Assembly: GCA_949398915.1 (NCBI GenBank)
Contig: CASLXJ010000002.1
Location: forward strand, 1-60,679
Direction: 5' to 3'
Source: an uncultured bacterium
GTDB taxonomy: Bacteria; Bacillota; Clostridia; Christensenellales; UBA1242
DNA length: 60,679 nucleotides
Below are positions 37,974-47,352 of this stretch, one piece after another. Every line of letters begins with the position of its first letter. The first letter of the stretch is position 1. Position numbers and translations under genes: made by a program. The notes beneath the pieces are model-generated. The model saw only the letters and a program-made list of their open reading frames with translations. It was not told the DNA's origin and ran no database searches.

Positions 37974-39215
37974 ATGCAAATAAAGATATCACAACCATTA
38001 AATAGGCTTGCGTCACTTTTTCCAACAGAGCTTTATGTCGTTGGAGGGTTTGTGCGAAATCAACTTCTGGGTGTGAAGAATGATGATGTTGATATTTGTT
38101 CAAGCCTTACTCTCGATAAGGTTGAAAAGCTTTTAAAGGGAAGCGAATTTGAATTTAAAGTAAAAAGTAAAATACTTGGCACTGCAACAATAAAACGCGG
38201 TGAAGAAATATATGAATATACCACTTTCAGAAGGGATTTTTATCCAGAGAACAGTGGACAGCACAGCCCTGAGAGCGTTGAATTTATTCAATCGGTAGAA
38301 GAAGACGCAAAAAGAAGAGATTTTACCTGCAATGCAATTTATTATGATATAAAAAATGATAAAATTGTAGATTTCTATAATGGTCAAGAAGATGTCAAAA
38401 AGAGGATTTTAAGAACAGTTGAAACTCCAGATGAAGTCTTTTGCCACGACGGTGTGCGTATTTTAAGACTGTTTAGATTTCAATGTGAGCTTAATTTCAA
38501 AATAGAAAGAGAAACACTGGAAAGTGCTTTCAGGCACAAAGAAAATCTTCGGGATATTTCTGGAGAACGCCTAGTTTATGAAATTACTAAAATCTTGCAT
38601 AGTCCAAACAAATATAAAGGTCTGTCAAAACCAAGAGCCTATATGAAGGCATTGAATTATTTCAATAAAGGAGGGCTTTGGCAGGTATTTGGAATTGACC
38701 AGCAAAGGCTGAAATTTAAAATGGTCAAGAAGGTAAGCCACAAATCACAAGGCTTTTTAATTGACCTTATTGATAATGTAAACCCAATATCAATTTCTTA
38801 TTATCTTAATTTAATTTTGTCTGACTCTTTTGGATTGAGCAAAAAAATGGCTGAAAACTACATAAACATTCTTTCAGGCTATTATGAAGCTTTAAATAGA
38901 CAGCAAAATAAACCATACTTTTTCAAATATTTCAACAATTTCCCTCAGATTTATCTGCTTTTAATTCATAAATCAAAATACCTTGCAAATAAATATCAAT
39001 TCTTCTATAAATACATTATTTCGCATCGTCTTATTATGAATGTAAAAGAGCTTAAAATAAGCGGTGATGATATTAAGAAACATTATCCAACAGTGAAACC
39101 AAATCGTTATAACCCAATTTTAGAAAGCCTGTTAAGTGATGTTTTTGATGGAAAATTGTCAAATGAAAAGGAAGAGCTTATTCAAGCTGTAGAACAAAAA
39201 TTGAAATATCTTTAA
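37974..39215 (+). CDS. cca: CCA-adding tRNA nucleotidyltransferase (PolyA-pol/CCA family)
   Basis: LYVVGGFVRNQLLG...DDVDIC and RRDFTCNAIYYD motifs. GGGGA SD. Confidence 0.8.
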   Translation: MQIKISQPLNRLASLFPTELYVVGGFVRNQLLGVKNDDVDICSSLTLDKVEKLLKGSEFEFKVKSKILGTATIKRGEEIYEYTTFRRDFYPENSGQHSPESVEFIQSVEEDAKRRDFTCNAIYYDIKNDKIVDFYNGQEDVKKRILRTVETPDEVFCHDGVRILRLFRFQCELNFKIERETLESAFRHKENLRDISGERLVYEITKILHSPNKYKGLSKPRAYMKALNYFNKGGLWQVFGIDQQRLKFKMVKKVSHKSQGFLIDLIDNVNPISISYYLNLILSDSFGLSKKMAENYINILSGYYEALNRQQNKPYFFKYFNNFPQIYLLLIHKSKYLANKYQFFYKYIISHRLIMNVKELKISGDDIKKHYPTVKPNRYNPILESLLSDVFDGKLSNEKEELIQAVEQKLKYL

Positions 39216-39218
39216 ACC

Positions 39219-39249
39219 AAAAAATACTGGCTTTGCCCAGTATTTTTTA
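39219..39249. terminator. bidirectional-shaped terminator between convergent genes
   Basis: AATACTGG pairs with CCAGTATT, flanked by an A-run and a T-run. Confidence 0.8.
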
Positions 39250-39300
39250 TTATTTTGTTATTTTTTGATAATTTTTTTTCAACAAACTAAATAAAGCTGC

Positions 39301-40815
39301 TTAATCCAAATGCCATCTTGCTTTAGCATTTTTTTCAGTATCTTTATTGACTTTTTGAGGTGGGATATACCTTACAGAATTGCTTGGAATGGTCATTCCA
39401 TCTTCAAGAGACCAACAGCCTTCAACAATAATTCCATTTTGAGCCTGATATTTGTCATGTCGAATTTCTTTTTCGCTGATTTTTTCACCATCTTTGTAAT
39501 ATTCAATAAAGCCTTTTGACTCATAGCCTTCTTGTGGGAATTTAAGTCTGTAATATTCACCTTTATAAAGCACTTTATCTTCATATTCACCTTTATAATC
39601 GGTTATAATGTCATCTCCGCCATGTGCAAGCACTTTGACAAGCACTGCTTTGGTTTTGATTGTCACGCCATCTTCAAGTGGCTGACCATAAATTTCAACA
39701 GTTGCAGTTGAGGCTGTGCAAATGGTTTTGATAAAGATTGGCACAGGAGTGTTGTTCTTAAAACGCAGGTCGGCATAGCCTTCGCTTACCATTGCGTCAA
39801 AGGAAAGTGGAACATAAGAAGCAGGAAGGGTATGATGATTTACTTGAAGAATTTCAAGGTCGGCACGAATGAGGGCATTGTATAGGGTGGTAGATGCCTG
39901 GCATACGCCACCGCCTACACCATCGACATATTTTCCGCCAATGATTATTTTGGCTGTTTTATAGCCATTTTCTTTTGTTCTTGCACCTGTGACTTTATTA
40001 AAAGAAATTTCTTCACCAGGCTCAACAATCATTCCGTTAAATTGTGATAAAGCAAGTTTGACATTTGATTTTCTGTCACTAGATGAAGAGGAATAATCGG
40101 TTGAAAAACTTGCACGAAGGCTTATGTTTTCGATAAAACTATCCAGATTATCTTGCGGAAGCACTTCAATGAAGGGAATTTCGATTGTTTCAAATTCGCC
40201 AGTTGCAAGCATAGATGATAGTTTGTTTTTGAGAGCGTCTCTATCGACAATTCTGCCTGCAGTTAAGTTTCCTTGTGTAAACATGGTTTGTGAGCTTGGG
40301 TCAAAGTTTATGTTTGCGCTTTTTGGTGCAACTTCAACCTCGCTTATAATTTTTTCAAGAGAATCTTCCATTCCGCCATAGATATCTTCAAATGGAACAT
40401 TGACAAACAGGCCATTTTTCTTGATATCATTTTCGACCTTCTTTTTTGTAAATATATTTCCACCATGCCCATAAGAGAGCACCTCTTCAAGTGTGGGCTC
40501 TATATTGCCAATATAGCCAAGCTCGCTGCCTTCAATTTTCCATGTTTTGTCATCATCTTTTAAAGTAATGCTGATATTGTTTTTGTTGTCAGATAGGGCG
40601 TTTGTAAGCAAATTATTGGCTTCACTTTTGGTCATGCCAGAAACATCAATGCCGTTTATATGTGTGTTTGAATAAAAGGTGGTTTTGCTGCTTATTGCAT
40701 CTCCAAAATAAAACTGACAAAACAGCAAAAGACTTACAGCAATAAAGGCAACTACTAAAAGCCAAATAAGTGATGCTTTTGATTTTTTCACGGCAGTTTT
40801 TTCTTTGTTTTTCAA
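39301..40815 (-). CDS. VanW/YoaR-family protein (N-terminal TM anchor, VanW domain, G5-like C-terminus)
   Basis: TTG start after GGAGG. Contains the VanW signature GGGVCQASTTLYNALIRADLEI. Confidence 0.8.
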   Translation of the reverse strand: MKNKEKTAVKKSKASLIWLLVVAFIAVSLLLFCQFYFGDAISSKTTFYSNTHINGIDVSGMTKSEANNLLTNALSDNKNNISITLKDDDKTWKIEGSELGYIGNIEPTLEEVLSYGHGGNIFTKKKVENDIKKNGLFVNVPFEDIYGGMEDSLEKIISEVEVAPKSANINFDPSSQTMFTQGNLTAGRIVDRDALKNKLSSMLATGEFETIEIPFIEVLPQDNLDSFIENISLRASFSTDYSSSSSDRKSNVKLALSQFNGMIVEPGEEISFNKVTGARTKENGYKTAKIIIGGKYVDGVGGGVCQASTTLYNALIRADLEILQVNHHTLPASYVPLSFDAMVSEGYADLRFKNNTPVPIFIKTICTASTATVEIYGQPLEDGVTIKTKAVLVKVLAHGGDDIITDYKGEYEDKVLYKGEYYRLKFPQEGYESKGFIEYYKDGEKISEKEIRHDKYQAQNGIIVEGCWSLEDGMTIPSNSVRYIPPQKVNKDTEKNAKARWHLD

Positions 40816-40960
40816 TTTAAGCCTCCATTTAAAACTTTAATTTTATCCTTGATATAGATAATTTTCAATTTCTTTTATTGTTTGTACAAAAGGTGAAAAT
40901 ATACTTTTGAAATTTTATTTTAAGAGAATATTTAAGCATGATTTAATTTATAATAAAAAC

Positions 40961-41689
40961 ATGGAATTGTCTTTGACCAAAAAAGTTTTTAGGATTGTGC
41001 TGGTATGCCTTATTTTAGGGGCATTGCTTGGCCTTGGTTATTTTATATTGAACATAACTGGCCTTTGGGAAAAGTTTAATTCTGTTGAAAAGCTTCAAGC
41101 GCTTATACTGGAGTTGGGCTTTTGGGGCAGGTCGACTTTCGTATTTTTGCAATTTTTGCAGGTGACCTTCATTCCAATTCCATCTCCAATTCTTATTATC
41201 GCAGGAAGTATAATTTATGGACCTTTTGAGGCAGGGCTTTTGTCAATTGCAGGAATTTTGCTTGGAAGTGCCTTTGCATTCTTTCTAGGACGAGTTTTTG
41301 GCAAAAAGCTTGTTGTGTTTATGGTCGGAAAAGATATGGAGAAAAAATGCAGAAACTATCTCTCAAACTGCAAATACTCTTTTGTGCTTATGATGCTGTT
41401 GCCATTCTTCCCTGATGATGTTTTATGTATGGTGGCAGGTTTGACTGATATGAGCTGGACATTTTTTATGACCACTCAATTTGTCACAAGGCCTATAAGT
41501 ATTTTTCTTGTAAGTTATCTTTCAAGCGGGGAGGTTATTCCATATCATGGCTGGGGACTTATTGTCTGGGCGGTGATAATTGTCGTGTCAGTCACGCTTC
41601 TTTATCTCTCAACAAAATATAATAAAAAGATAGAAGAATTTATAAACAATTTTTTTAAAAAGCTTAAATTAAACAAAAAATTAAAATAA
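40961..41689 (+). CDS. TVP38/TMEM64 (DedA-related) family membrane protein
   Basis: FLQFLQVTFIPIPSPILIIAGSIIYGPFEAGLLSIAGILLGSAFAFFLGRVFGKK. Start ambiguous (ATG 40961 or TTG 40907). Confidence 0.75.
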   Translation: MELSLTKKVFRIVLVCLILGALLGLGYFILNITGLWEKFNSVEKLQALILELGFWGRSTFVFLQFLQVTFIPIPSPILIIAGSIIYGPFEAGLLSIAGILLGSAFAFFLGRVFGKKLVVFMVGKDMEKKCRNYLSNCKYSFVLMMLLPFFPDDVLCMVAGLTDMSWTFFMTTQFVTRPISIFLVSYLSSGEVIPYHGWGLIVWAVIIVVSVTLLYLSTKYNKKIEEFINNFFKKLKLNKKLK

Positions 41690-41690
41690 A

Positions 41691-41724
41691 ACAAGACTAG
41701 TATGCATCGCATACTAGCTTTTTA
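41691..41724. terminator. bidirectional-shaped terminator
   Basis: CTAGTATGC (41697-41705) pairs with GCATACTAG (41709-41717), followed by a T-run. Confidence 0.8.
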
Positions 41725-41762
41725 AATTAAAACAACTTTTTCAATAAAAACAAGGTATTATG

Positions 41763-41921
41763 TTATGTTTTAATAATTAAATATACGCCTTTTTTAATCA
41801 TGGCAGGTGTAAGTGAGTTTTCTATCAATATTTTTATAGGGCTTATGTTATATTTTTTTGCAATCGTGTCAATACTGTCATTCTCTTGTGCGATATAGAT
41901 GTTGTTAAATTCTTTTTTCAA
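41763..41921 (-). CDS. 52-aa single-LysM-domain mini-protein (absent from the ORF track)
   Basis: Minus strand AAGGAGGAAAG then TTG. Translation is MKKEFNNIYIAQENDSIDTIAKKYNISPIKILIENSLTPAMIKKGVYLIIKT, with the LysM pattern Y-V--GDTL--IA-KY--S---L---N. Confidence 0.65.
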   Translation of the reverse strand: MKKEFNNIYIAQENDSIDTIAKKYNISPIKILIENSLTPAMIKKGVYLIIKT

Positions 41922-41980
41922 ACTTTCCTCCTTTAGTATTAAATTGTATTCTTCTTTAATAAGTTATATGTGGAGAGAGT

Positions 41981-43528
41981 ATGAAATCTTTATTTAAGAC
42001 AGTTGCTTTAATTACTGTATTTTCATTTTTAACAAGAATATTAGGCTTTGTTTATCGAATTATTTTATCACGCGTAATTGGCGCAGAGGGGCTGGGACTT
42101 TATCAGGTTGCGTCTTCAGTTTTTATGGTGCTGATGACTATTATAGCAAGTGGACTACCTTTAATTATTTCAAGGATGACTGCTTCATATAATGCAAGCA
42201 AAGATAAGAAGAGGGAGGGCTCACTTGTAAGTGTTGCTTTAATTTATTCTTTGGTTTTGTCAATTTTATTATGTTTAATAGTCTATCTGTTTAGAGGGGT
42301 TTTCTCAAACTTTTTGACGGACGAGCGTTGTCTTATAATTCTTTTGGTATTGCTTCCAAGCTTGATTTTTTCCTCTGTTTACAGTGTTTTTCGCGGGGCG
42401 CTATGGGGAAAGGGAAACTACTTTGCTCTTTGTGTAACTGAGTTTTATGAACAAGTTGTAAGGATTGTGCTTGGCGTTCTGGTTATTTCAACTGCACTTG
42501 GAGCAATGGAAAATGCTTTAAGAATTGGTTGGACAATGACTATTGCCTGCTTTTTGTCAATGATATATGTGCTGCTGTTGTTTTTCTATTATGGCGGAAA
42601 ACTTGGACGGGGAAGAAAGGAACAATTTTCACAACTGGTCAGACAATCAACTCCAATCACGCTTATGCGAGTTGTAGGCTCTTTTGCACAGCCTTTGATT
42701 GCCTTTATTATTCCAGCAAGGCTGACAAGCATTGGTTATACAAGCTCGCAAGCCATGAGTATGTTTGGTGTGGCTGTTGGAATGACTATGCCTCTTCTTT
42801 TCATTCCTTCGACAATTATCGGCTCACTTTCCACAGCGTTAGTGCCAGATATTTCGACTGCAGTCGCCCAAAATAATCAAAAACATATTGAAGAGAGGGT
42901 CAGCTCTTCCATATTCTTTGCACTTTTTATTTCAGCAATGTTTGTTCCAGTCTTTATTGGAATGGGTGAACAGATAGGCCTATTCTTATATGACAACATT
43001 TTAAGTGGAACGCTTCTTCAAGCATCAGCTTGGGTTTTAATACCTCTTGGCCTTACAAATATTACCTCTGCTTTATTAAACTCACTTGGCATGGAGAAAC
43101 GCTCATTTATCAACTTTGCAATTGGTGGAATAGCAATGTTTATATCTCTTTGGGTGCTTCCTCAGTTTATTGGAATAAACTCTCTTATTTGGGGCATGGG
43201 AATTGATTATGTAATCGTTGCGCTTTTGAATTTCATTCTGCTTAAAAAGAAGGTGAAGGCTGACTTGAAATTGTTGCCTAAAGTATTAAAAATATTTATA
43301 TTGATTATTCCGTCAGCTGCACTTACTGCTTTTGTAGTAAGTCTTGCCGAGTATATATTGCCGTTGTTTTTTGTTTTGGCGCTTGGTGGAATTACAGGCG
43401 TTACAAGCTTTGTGCTTCTTGCTGCAGTATTCAACCTTATTGATATTAAAGCATTTGTTATCTTTGCAAAAAAGAAGTTTAATTTTCCTAAGTTTAAACT
43501 TAAAAAAAGGGCAAAGAAAAATGTATAA
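41981..43528 (+). CDS. MOP-superfamily flippase, SpoVB/MurJ-like (polysaccharide biosynthesis protein family)
   Basis: About 14 TM segments. N-terminus FLTRILGFVYRIILSRVIGAEGLGLYQVASSVF resembles SpoVB-type proteins. GGAGAG SD. Confidence 0.7.
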   Translation: MKSLFKTVALITVFSFLTRILGFVYRIILSRVIGAEGLGLYQVASSVFMVLMTIIASGLPLIISRMTASYNASKDKKREGSLVSVALIYSLVLSILLCLIVYLFRGVFSNFLTDERCLIILLVLLPSLIFSSVYSVFRGALWGKGNYFALCVTEFYEQVVRIVLGVLVISTALGAMENALRIGWTMTIACFLSMIYVLLLFFYYGGKLGRGRKEQFSQLVRQSTPITLMRVVGSFAQPLIAFIIPARLTSIGYTSSQAMSMFGVAVGMTMPLLFIPSTIIGSLSTALVPDISTAVAQNNQKHIEERVSSSIFFALFISAMFVPVFIGMGEQIGLFLYDNILSGTLLQASAWVLIPLGLTNITSALLNSLGMEKRSFINFAIGGIAMFISLWVLPQFIGINSLIWGMGIDYVIVALLNFILLKKKVKADLKLLPKVLKIFILIIPSAALTAFVVSLAEYILPLFFVLALGGITGVTSFVLLAAVFNLIDIKAFVIFAKKKFNFPKFKLKKRAKKNV

Positions 43529-43554
43529 AAGAGAAAAAATGCACAAAATAAAGT

Positions 43555-44271
43555 ATGCTTACAATAATTATTAGGTCAATTTTAATTTACTTTATTGTTC
43601 TTTTTGTGTATAGACTTATGGGAAAAAGGCAGCTTGGTCAAATGCAACCTTTTGAGCTTGTTTTGACCCTTATTATTGCAGATTTAGCGACCATACCAAT
43701 GGCTGAAGTGTCAGTGCCTGTTTTGCACGGGGTTGTGCCGCTGTTGACCTTGGTAGTCATGCACTTTATTCTCACAATTCTAACAAAGTCAAGTCAGTTT
43801 TTAAGCAAGCTTATCAGCGGAAAACCAAGCATCATTATCAATCCAAAGGGAATTGACTATAATGCAATGAAAAAGCTTAACTTATCAACAGATGATATTT
43901 TTGCAGCTTTAAGAGAGTGTGGATATTTCAGTATTTCACAGGTGCAGTATGCGATTATGGAAACAAACGGAAAGGTGAGTGTAATGCCAAAATCAGAGGC
44001 AGCTCCTGCCACAAATGCTGATTTAAAACTTGATGTTGATGAAAGTTTTATTCCTATCGTGCTTGTAAGTGAAGGTAAGATAATGAAAGACAATGTCAAT
44101 ATTGCAAGGCTTGATGAAGGAAAGGTTTTTGACCTTGTGGCTGAAAATGGTGGGAAAGGAGGGCTTAAAAAGGTCTTAATTCTCACTGTTGATCAGTCAG
44201 GAAACGGCTATATTCAAATGATGGATGACGAAGGCAAATCCTTTCAAACAAAGGAGCTTGCAAGCGCATGA
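43555..44271 (+). CDS. DUF421 (YetF/YdfS-type) membrane protein, second paralog
   Basis: RLMGKRQLGQMQPFELVLTLIIADLA and ...YFSISQVQYAIMETNGKVSVMPK. Same architecture as 20429..21130. Confidence 0.8.
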   Translation: MLTIIIRSILIYFIVLFVYRLMGKRQLGQMQPFELVLTLIIADLATIPMAEVSVPVLHGVVPLLTLVVMHFILTILTKSSQFLSKLISGKPSIIINPKGIDYNAMKKLNLSTDDIFAALRECGYFSISQVQYAIMETNGKVSVMPKSEAAPATNADLKLDVDESFIPIVLVSEGKIMKDNVNIARLDEGKVFDLVAENGGKGGLKKVLILTVDQSGNGYIQMMDDEGKSFQTKELASA

Positions 44272-44663
44272 AAGTTTGGCATATTGTAAATTTGATTTTG
44301 ATTGTGCTTCTTCTTATTGGAATTTGCGTTGCAGAAGAATATGTCGTTTCCTCTTCTTTAAGCGATATTCAAGATAGATGTCTTCAAATAGAACAAATTG
44401 TTGAAAGAGATAAAACTTTGAAAACTACCACGCTAGTCTTAGCTGTTGACAACCTTGATGACAACTGGAAAACTGATGAGTCTAATCTATGCTTTTTAGT
44501 GCATCATAAAAATATCCAAGAGATAGGGCAGGAGATTGCAAAACTTAAGCAATATATCGCTGCTGATGATGTTGAAGCTTTCAGGGTGTCAGTGGAGTCG
44601 ATAAAAATGTATTGTCATGGTTATTTGCATTTTATGGGTGCAAATCTCCATAATGTGCTTTAA
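44268..44663 (+). CDS. DUF4363-like small membrane-anchored protein
   Basis: ATGA overlap with the DUF421 gene, an N-terminal TM segment and a length of 131 aa. The DUF421-DUF4363 pairing is common in Firmicutes. Confidence 0.55.
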   Translation: MKVWHIVNLILIVLLLIGICVAEEYVVSSSLSDIQDRCLQIEQIVERDKTLKTTTLVLAVDNLDDNWKTDESNLCFLVHHKNIQEIGQEIAKLKQYIAADDVEAFRVSVESIKMYCHGYLHFMGANLHNVL

Positions 44664-44684
44664 GTGCTGACAAAATTTAAATAT

Positions 44685-44723
44685 AAAAAATGCTTTACAA
44701 ACTTTTAATGTAAAGCATTTTTG
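44685..44723. terminator. bidirectional terminator between convergent genes
   Basis: AATGCTTTACA (44689-44699) pairs with TGTAAAGCATT (44709-44719), flanked by an A-run and a T-run. Confidence 0.85.
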
Positions 44724-44726
44724 ATT

Positions 44727-45815
44727 TTAATATACTTTTTCTCGCTTGTTTTTATAGATGCTTATGCCGAGTGTTACACCAATTGCAACAATAGCAGCAA
44801 CTGCTATAAGCCAATAAAGATAATCATAACTAACTTGTTTTTTAGTTTCGATTTCGATGCGATTGCTCATTTGTTCAGCACTCGCACCCTCTGGTTTATA
44901 TATGCACCAAATTTCCCATTGGCCATATTTCCCTTGGTCTTCAAAGATGAAGTTAAGCCCTGTGCGCAACTTTTCGTTGTCATAAAGGGCTGCAGTGCAG
45001 TCATTGCATTCGCCAACGCCTACATCCATTTGAACAAGAGCATATTTTGTGCCGTCAGTGGCTGTGCCTTTTGCATACCAGGTGAGCTTTGTTGAGTCAA
45101 TATATCTGTAAGCTTCTTCATTTTCAAGAGTGAACAGGTAGGCATCTCTAAGAGAAGTTTCACTGCTTGTAATAGTCATTTTAGCTTTTGGAGCTTCAAA
45201 GATATCTCTTGTTGGCTCTATGATAATATAATCCGAGTCGATTGTCAATTTAGTTGCACCGTCTATTGAAAGGGTGAATTGATAAACTCCCCATTCTTTT
45301 GCAGCAGCGTTTATTCCAGTAGTAGTCGTGCTTGTAATACCTTCATCAATCAAAAATTCAGGTTTATAATTGACAAGCTCGTTTAAGCTGTTTTCGCCGC
45401 GTTTGACAATTGAGTATTGTGCCAAGTTTTCAAAGGTATAGCGAGAGGGTGAATTCCATAAATTTTGGTTTTCTCTATAATTTCTTAAATAGTTGATATT
45501 TATTGAAACATTATAAAAAGGTGTATTGTTTGCGTCATGCTTTGGTTTTACATTAAGCCCTTCTGGATTTATGTTGAAGGTGAATTTATTTGCATCTTGC
45601 CATTTGAATACATAGCCAGCGCCATTATTGTAAGGCACAGATGAGCCTTCAAGTATGCGTGAGCCATCTCTTCCATAGATTTCAATTGTGAAATGCTCAT
45701 CTGACTGAGCACTTGACAAAACTGAGTTTTGTGAAAGAGGAATGCTTGCAAATAATATCACTGCAAGAAGCAATAATGACAAAATAACTGTAAATTTAAG
45801 CTTTTTTACACTCAT
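44727..45815 (-). CDS. secreted protein with a C-terminal TM anchor, function unknown
   Basis: N-terminal signal peptide (LLLLAVILFASIPLS). C-terminal WLIAVAAIVAIGVTLGISIYKNKREK. GTGAGG SD. Confidence 0.6.
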   Translation of the reverse strand: MSVKKLKFTVILSLLLLAVILFASIPLSQNSVLSSAQSDEHFTIEIYGRDGSRILEGSSVPYNNGAGYVFKWQDANKFTFNINPEGLNVKPKHDANNTPFYNVSININYLRNYRENQNLWNSPSRYTFENLAQYSIVKRGENSLNELVNYKPEFLIDEGITSTTTTGINAAAKEWGVYQFTLSIDGATKLTIDSDYIIIEPTRDIFEAPKAKMTITSSETSLRDAYLFTLENEEAYRYIDSTKLTWYAKGTATDGTKYALVQMDVGVGECNDCTAALYDNEKLRTGLNFIFEDQGKYGQWEIWCIYKPEGASAEQMSNRIEIETKKQVSYDYLYWLIAVAAIVAIGVTLGISIYKNKREKVY

Positions 45816-45911
45816 TTAAGACCTCACTTTAGTTTATATTACCATAAAAATAAAAAATACAAAAATGATTTTAAATGTTTTTTTATATTATTTTAGTTTT
45901 TGCCAAATTTG

Positions 45912-45940
45912 TTGACAAATATTTTTAAGAAATATATAAT
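45912..45940 (+). promoter_or_regulatory. consensus sigma-A promoter positioned for a leaderless transcript
   Basis: TTGACA (45912-45917)-17 nt-TATAAT (45935-45940), then 7 nt (TAAGTGT), then the ATG at 45948. No SD. Confidence 0.65.
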
Positions 45941-45947
45941 TAAGTGT

Positions 45948-46805
45948 ATGGAAAAAATAGAACTTGATACAATCGTTCTCGAAAATCAAATAGCCTTTGA
46001 TTTTGATGGACTTGAAGAAAAAGAAGAAAGCATTACAATTACAGAAAATTTAATTAAACCTCTAAATCATGATTACATTCAAAATGAGGTCTTATTTGTT
46101 GCTGTCAAGGCCGAAAATAAAGAGATAGCAAAAGATTTTTCGTCGCTTTTGCTTTGTGGAAAGTCAATGCTTGATTGGGTGCTTCTTGCAGGCTCTTGTT
46201 GCCAGCAGGTTGTGCTTGATGATTGCGAGGATATTATAAGCAGGGTGAGAAATATAACTACTGACAAAAAATACATTGCAGTATTTTATTCAGATACGCC
46301 TCTGCTTGACAAAGCTGCATTCTTCTCAATTATGGATTATTTTGCTTCAAAAAGCATGAACTTTTTGCAGCTTACCAGAGGTTTTATTGTCAAAAATGAT
46401 TTTTTGAAAAATAATCCAAACTTTATTACAAGCTCGGCTGGTGGCTTGGATATAGGCTCGTTGCTTCTCTGTGATAGTGCAAGTAAGCTTGCTTATGCTT
46501 ATGAAACTCTTAATGAACGCATATTAAATTATCATGTCAAAAACGGTGTTACAATTTTTGGCAAAAACACTGTTTTTATTGATGCTGATGCGGAAATTGA
46601 TGGCGGGGTTGTCATTTATCCAAACAACATAATAAAAGGCGAGAGCGTTATTTCAAGTGGAACAATTCTTGAAAGTGGAAATATTATTGAAAACAGCATA
46701 ATTTTGAATAATTGCAGCGTTCAAGCTTCATATATTAAAGACTCAAAAATAACGGAAGGCAATAAAATAGCAGCTGGAAGTCGAATTGTCAAAGAGGTTA
46801 AATAA
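45948..46805 (+). CDS. GlmU-like protein, truncated and motif-degenerate (nucleotidyltransferase-like N-domain plus short left-handed beta-helix)
   Basis: VFYSDTPLL (compare GlmU YGDVPLI). Hexapeptide repeats VFIDADAEIDGGVVIYPNNIIKGESVISSGTILESGNIIENSIILNNCSV. Sits in the conserved glmU position upstream of pth-mfd. The G-x-G-T-R-M motif is replaced by AENKEIA. Confidence 0.55.
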   Translation: MEKIELDTIVLENQIAFDFDGLEEKEESITITENLIKPLNHDYIQNEVLFVAVKAENKEIAKDFSSLLLCGKSMLDWVLLAGSCCQQVVLDDCEDIISRVRNITTDKKYIAVFYSDTPLLDKAAFFSIMDYFASKSMNFLQLTRGFIVKNDFLKNNPNFITSSAGGLDIGSLLLCDSASKLAYAYETLNERILNYHVKNGVTIFGKNTVFIDADAEIDGGVVIYPNNIIKGESVISSGTILESGNIIENSIILNNCSVQASYIKDSKITEGNKIAAGSRIVKEVK

Positions 46806-47314
46806 TGATTATTATTGTAGGACTTGGAAATATCGGCACTCAGTATCAAAATACCTTTCATAATATTGGCTTTAAGGTGGCTGACGAGCTTGCCAGACAA
46901 ATTGGCGCAGAGTTTTCTAAAGAAAAATTCAAATCAATGCTTGCAGAAGGGAGAGTGAAAGGACAAAGCGTGCTTATCGCAAAGCCGACAACTTTTATGA
47001 ACAATAGTGGAGAAGCTGTTGTTATGCTTAAAAATAAATATAAAGATGCCAGAATTATTGTGGCGGTCGATGATATAGATCTTGAAAAGGGGGCTGTCAG
47101 ATATCGTCAAAAGGGAAGCTCTGGCACTCATAATGGACTTAGGTCAATTGTAGCTTATATTGGTGAAGATTTTGAGCGAATTAGGGTTGGTGTTGGCCGT
47201 GACAAGTCAATGGATCTTGCTGATTATGTATTATCAAAAATCAAGACTGAAGACGAGGCAGTGATAAATAAAGCGGTTTCGGACGCAGTTGAGATTATTC
47301 TTGATAAGATTTAA
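46805..47314 (+). CDS. pth: peptidyl-tRNA hydrolase
   Basis: IVGLGNIG..Y..TFHNIGF, FMNNSG, DDIDL and GTHNGLRS motifs. Confidence 0.92.
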   Translation: MIIIVGLGNIGTQYQNTFHNIGFKVADELARQIGAEFSKEKFKSMLAEGRVKGQSVLIAKPTTFMNNSGEAVVMLKNKYKDARIIVAVDDIDLEKGAVRYRQKGSSGTHNGLRSIVAYIGEDFERIRVGVGRDKSMDLADYVLSKIKTEDEAVINKAVSDAVEIILDKI

Positions 47315-47352
47315 AGAAAGCGTAAAAAAATAAATAAAGAAAGAGGAAAAAG

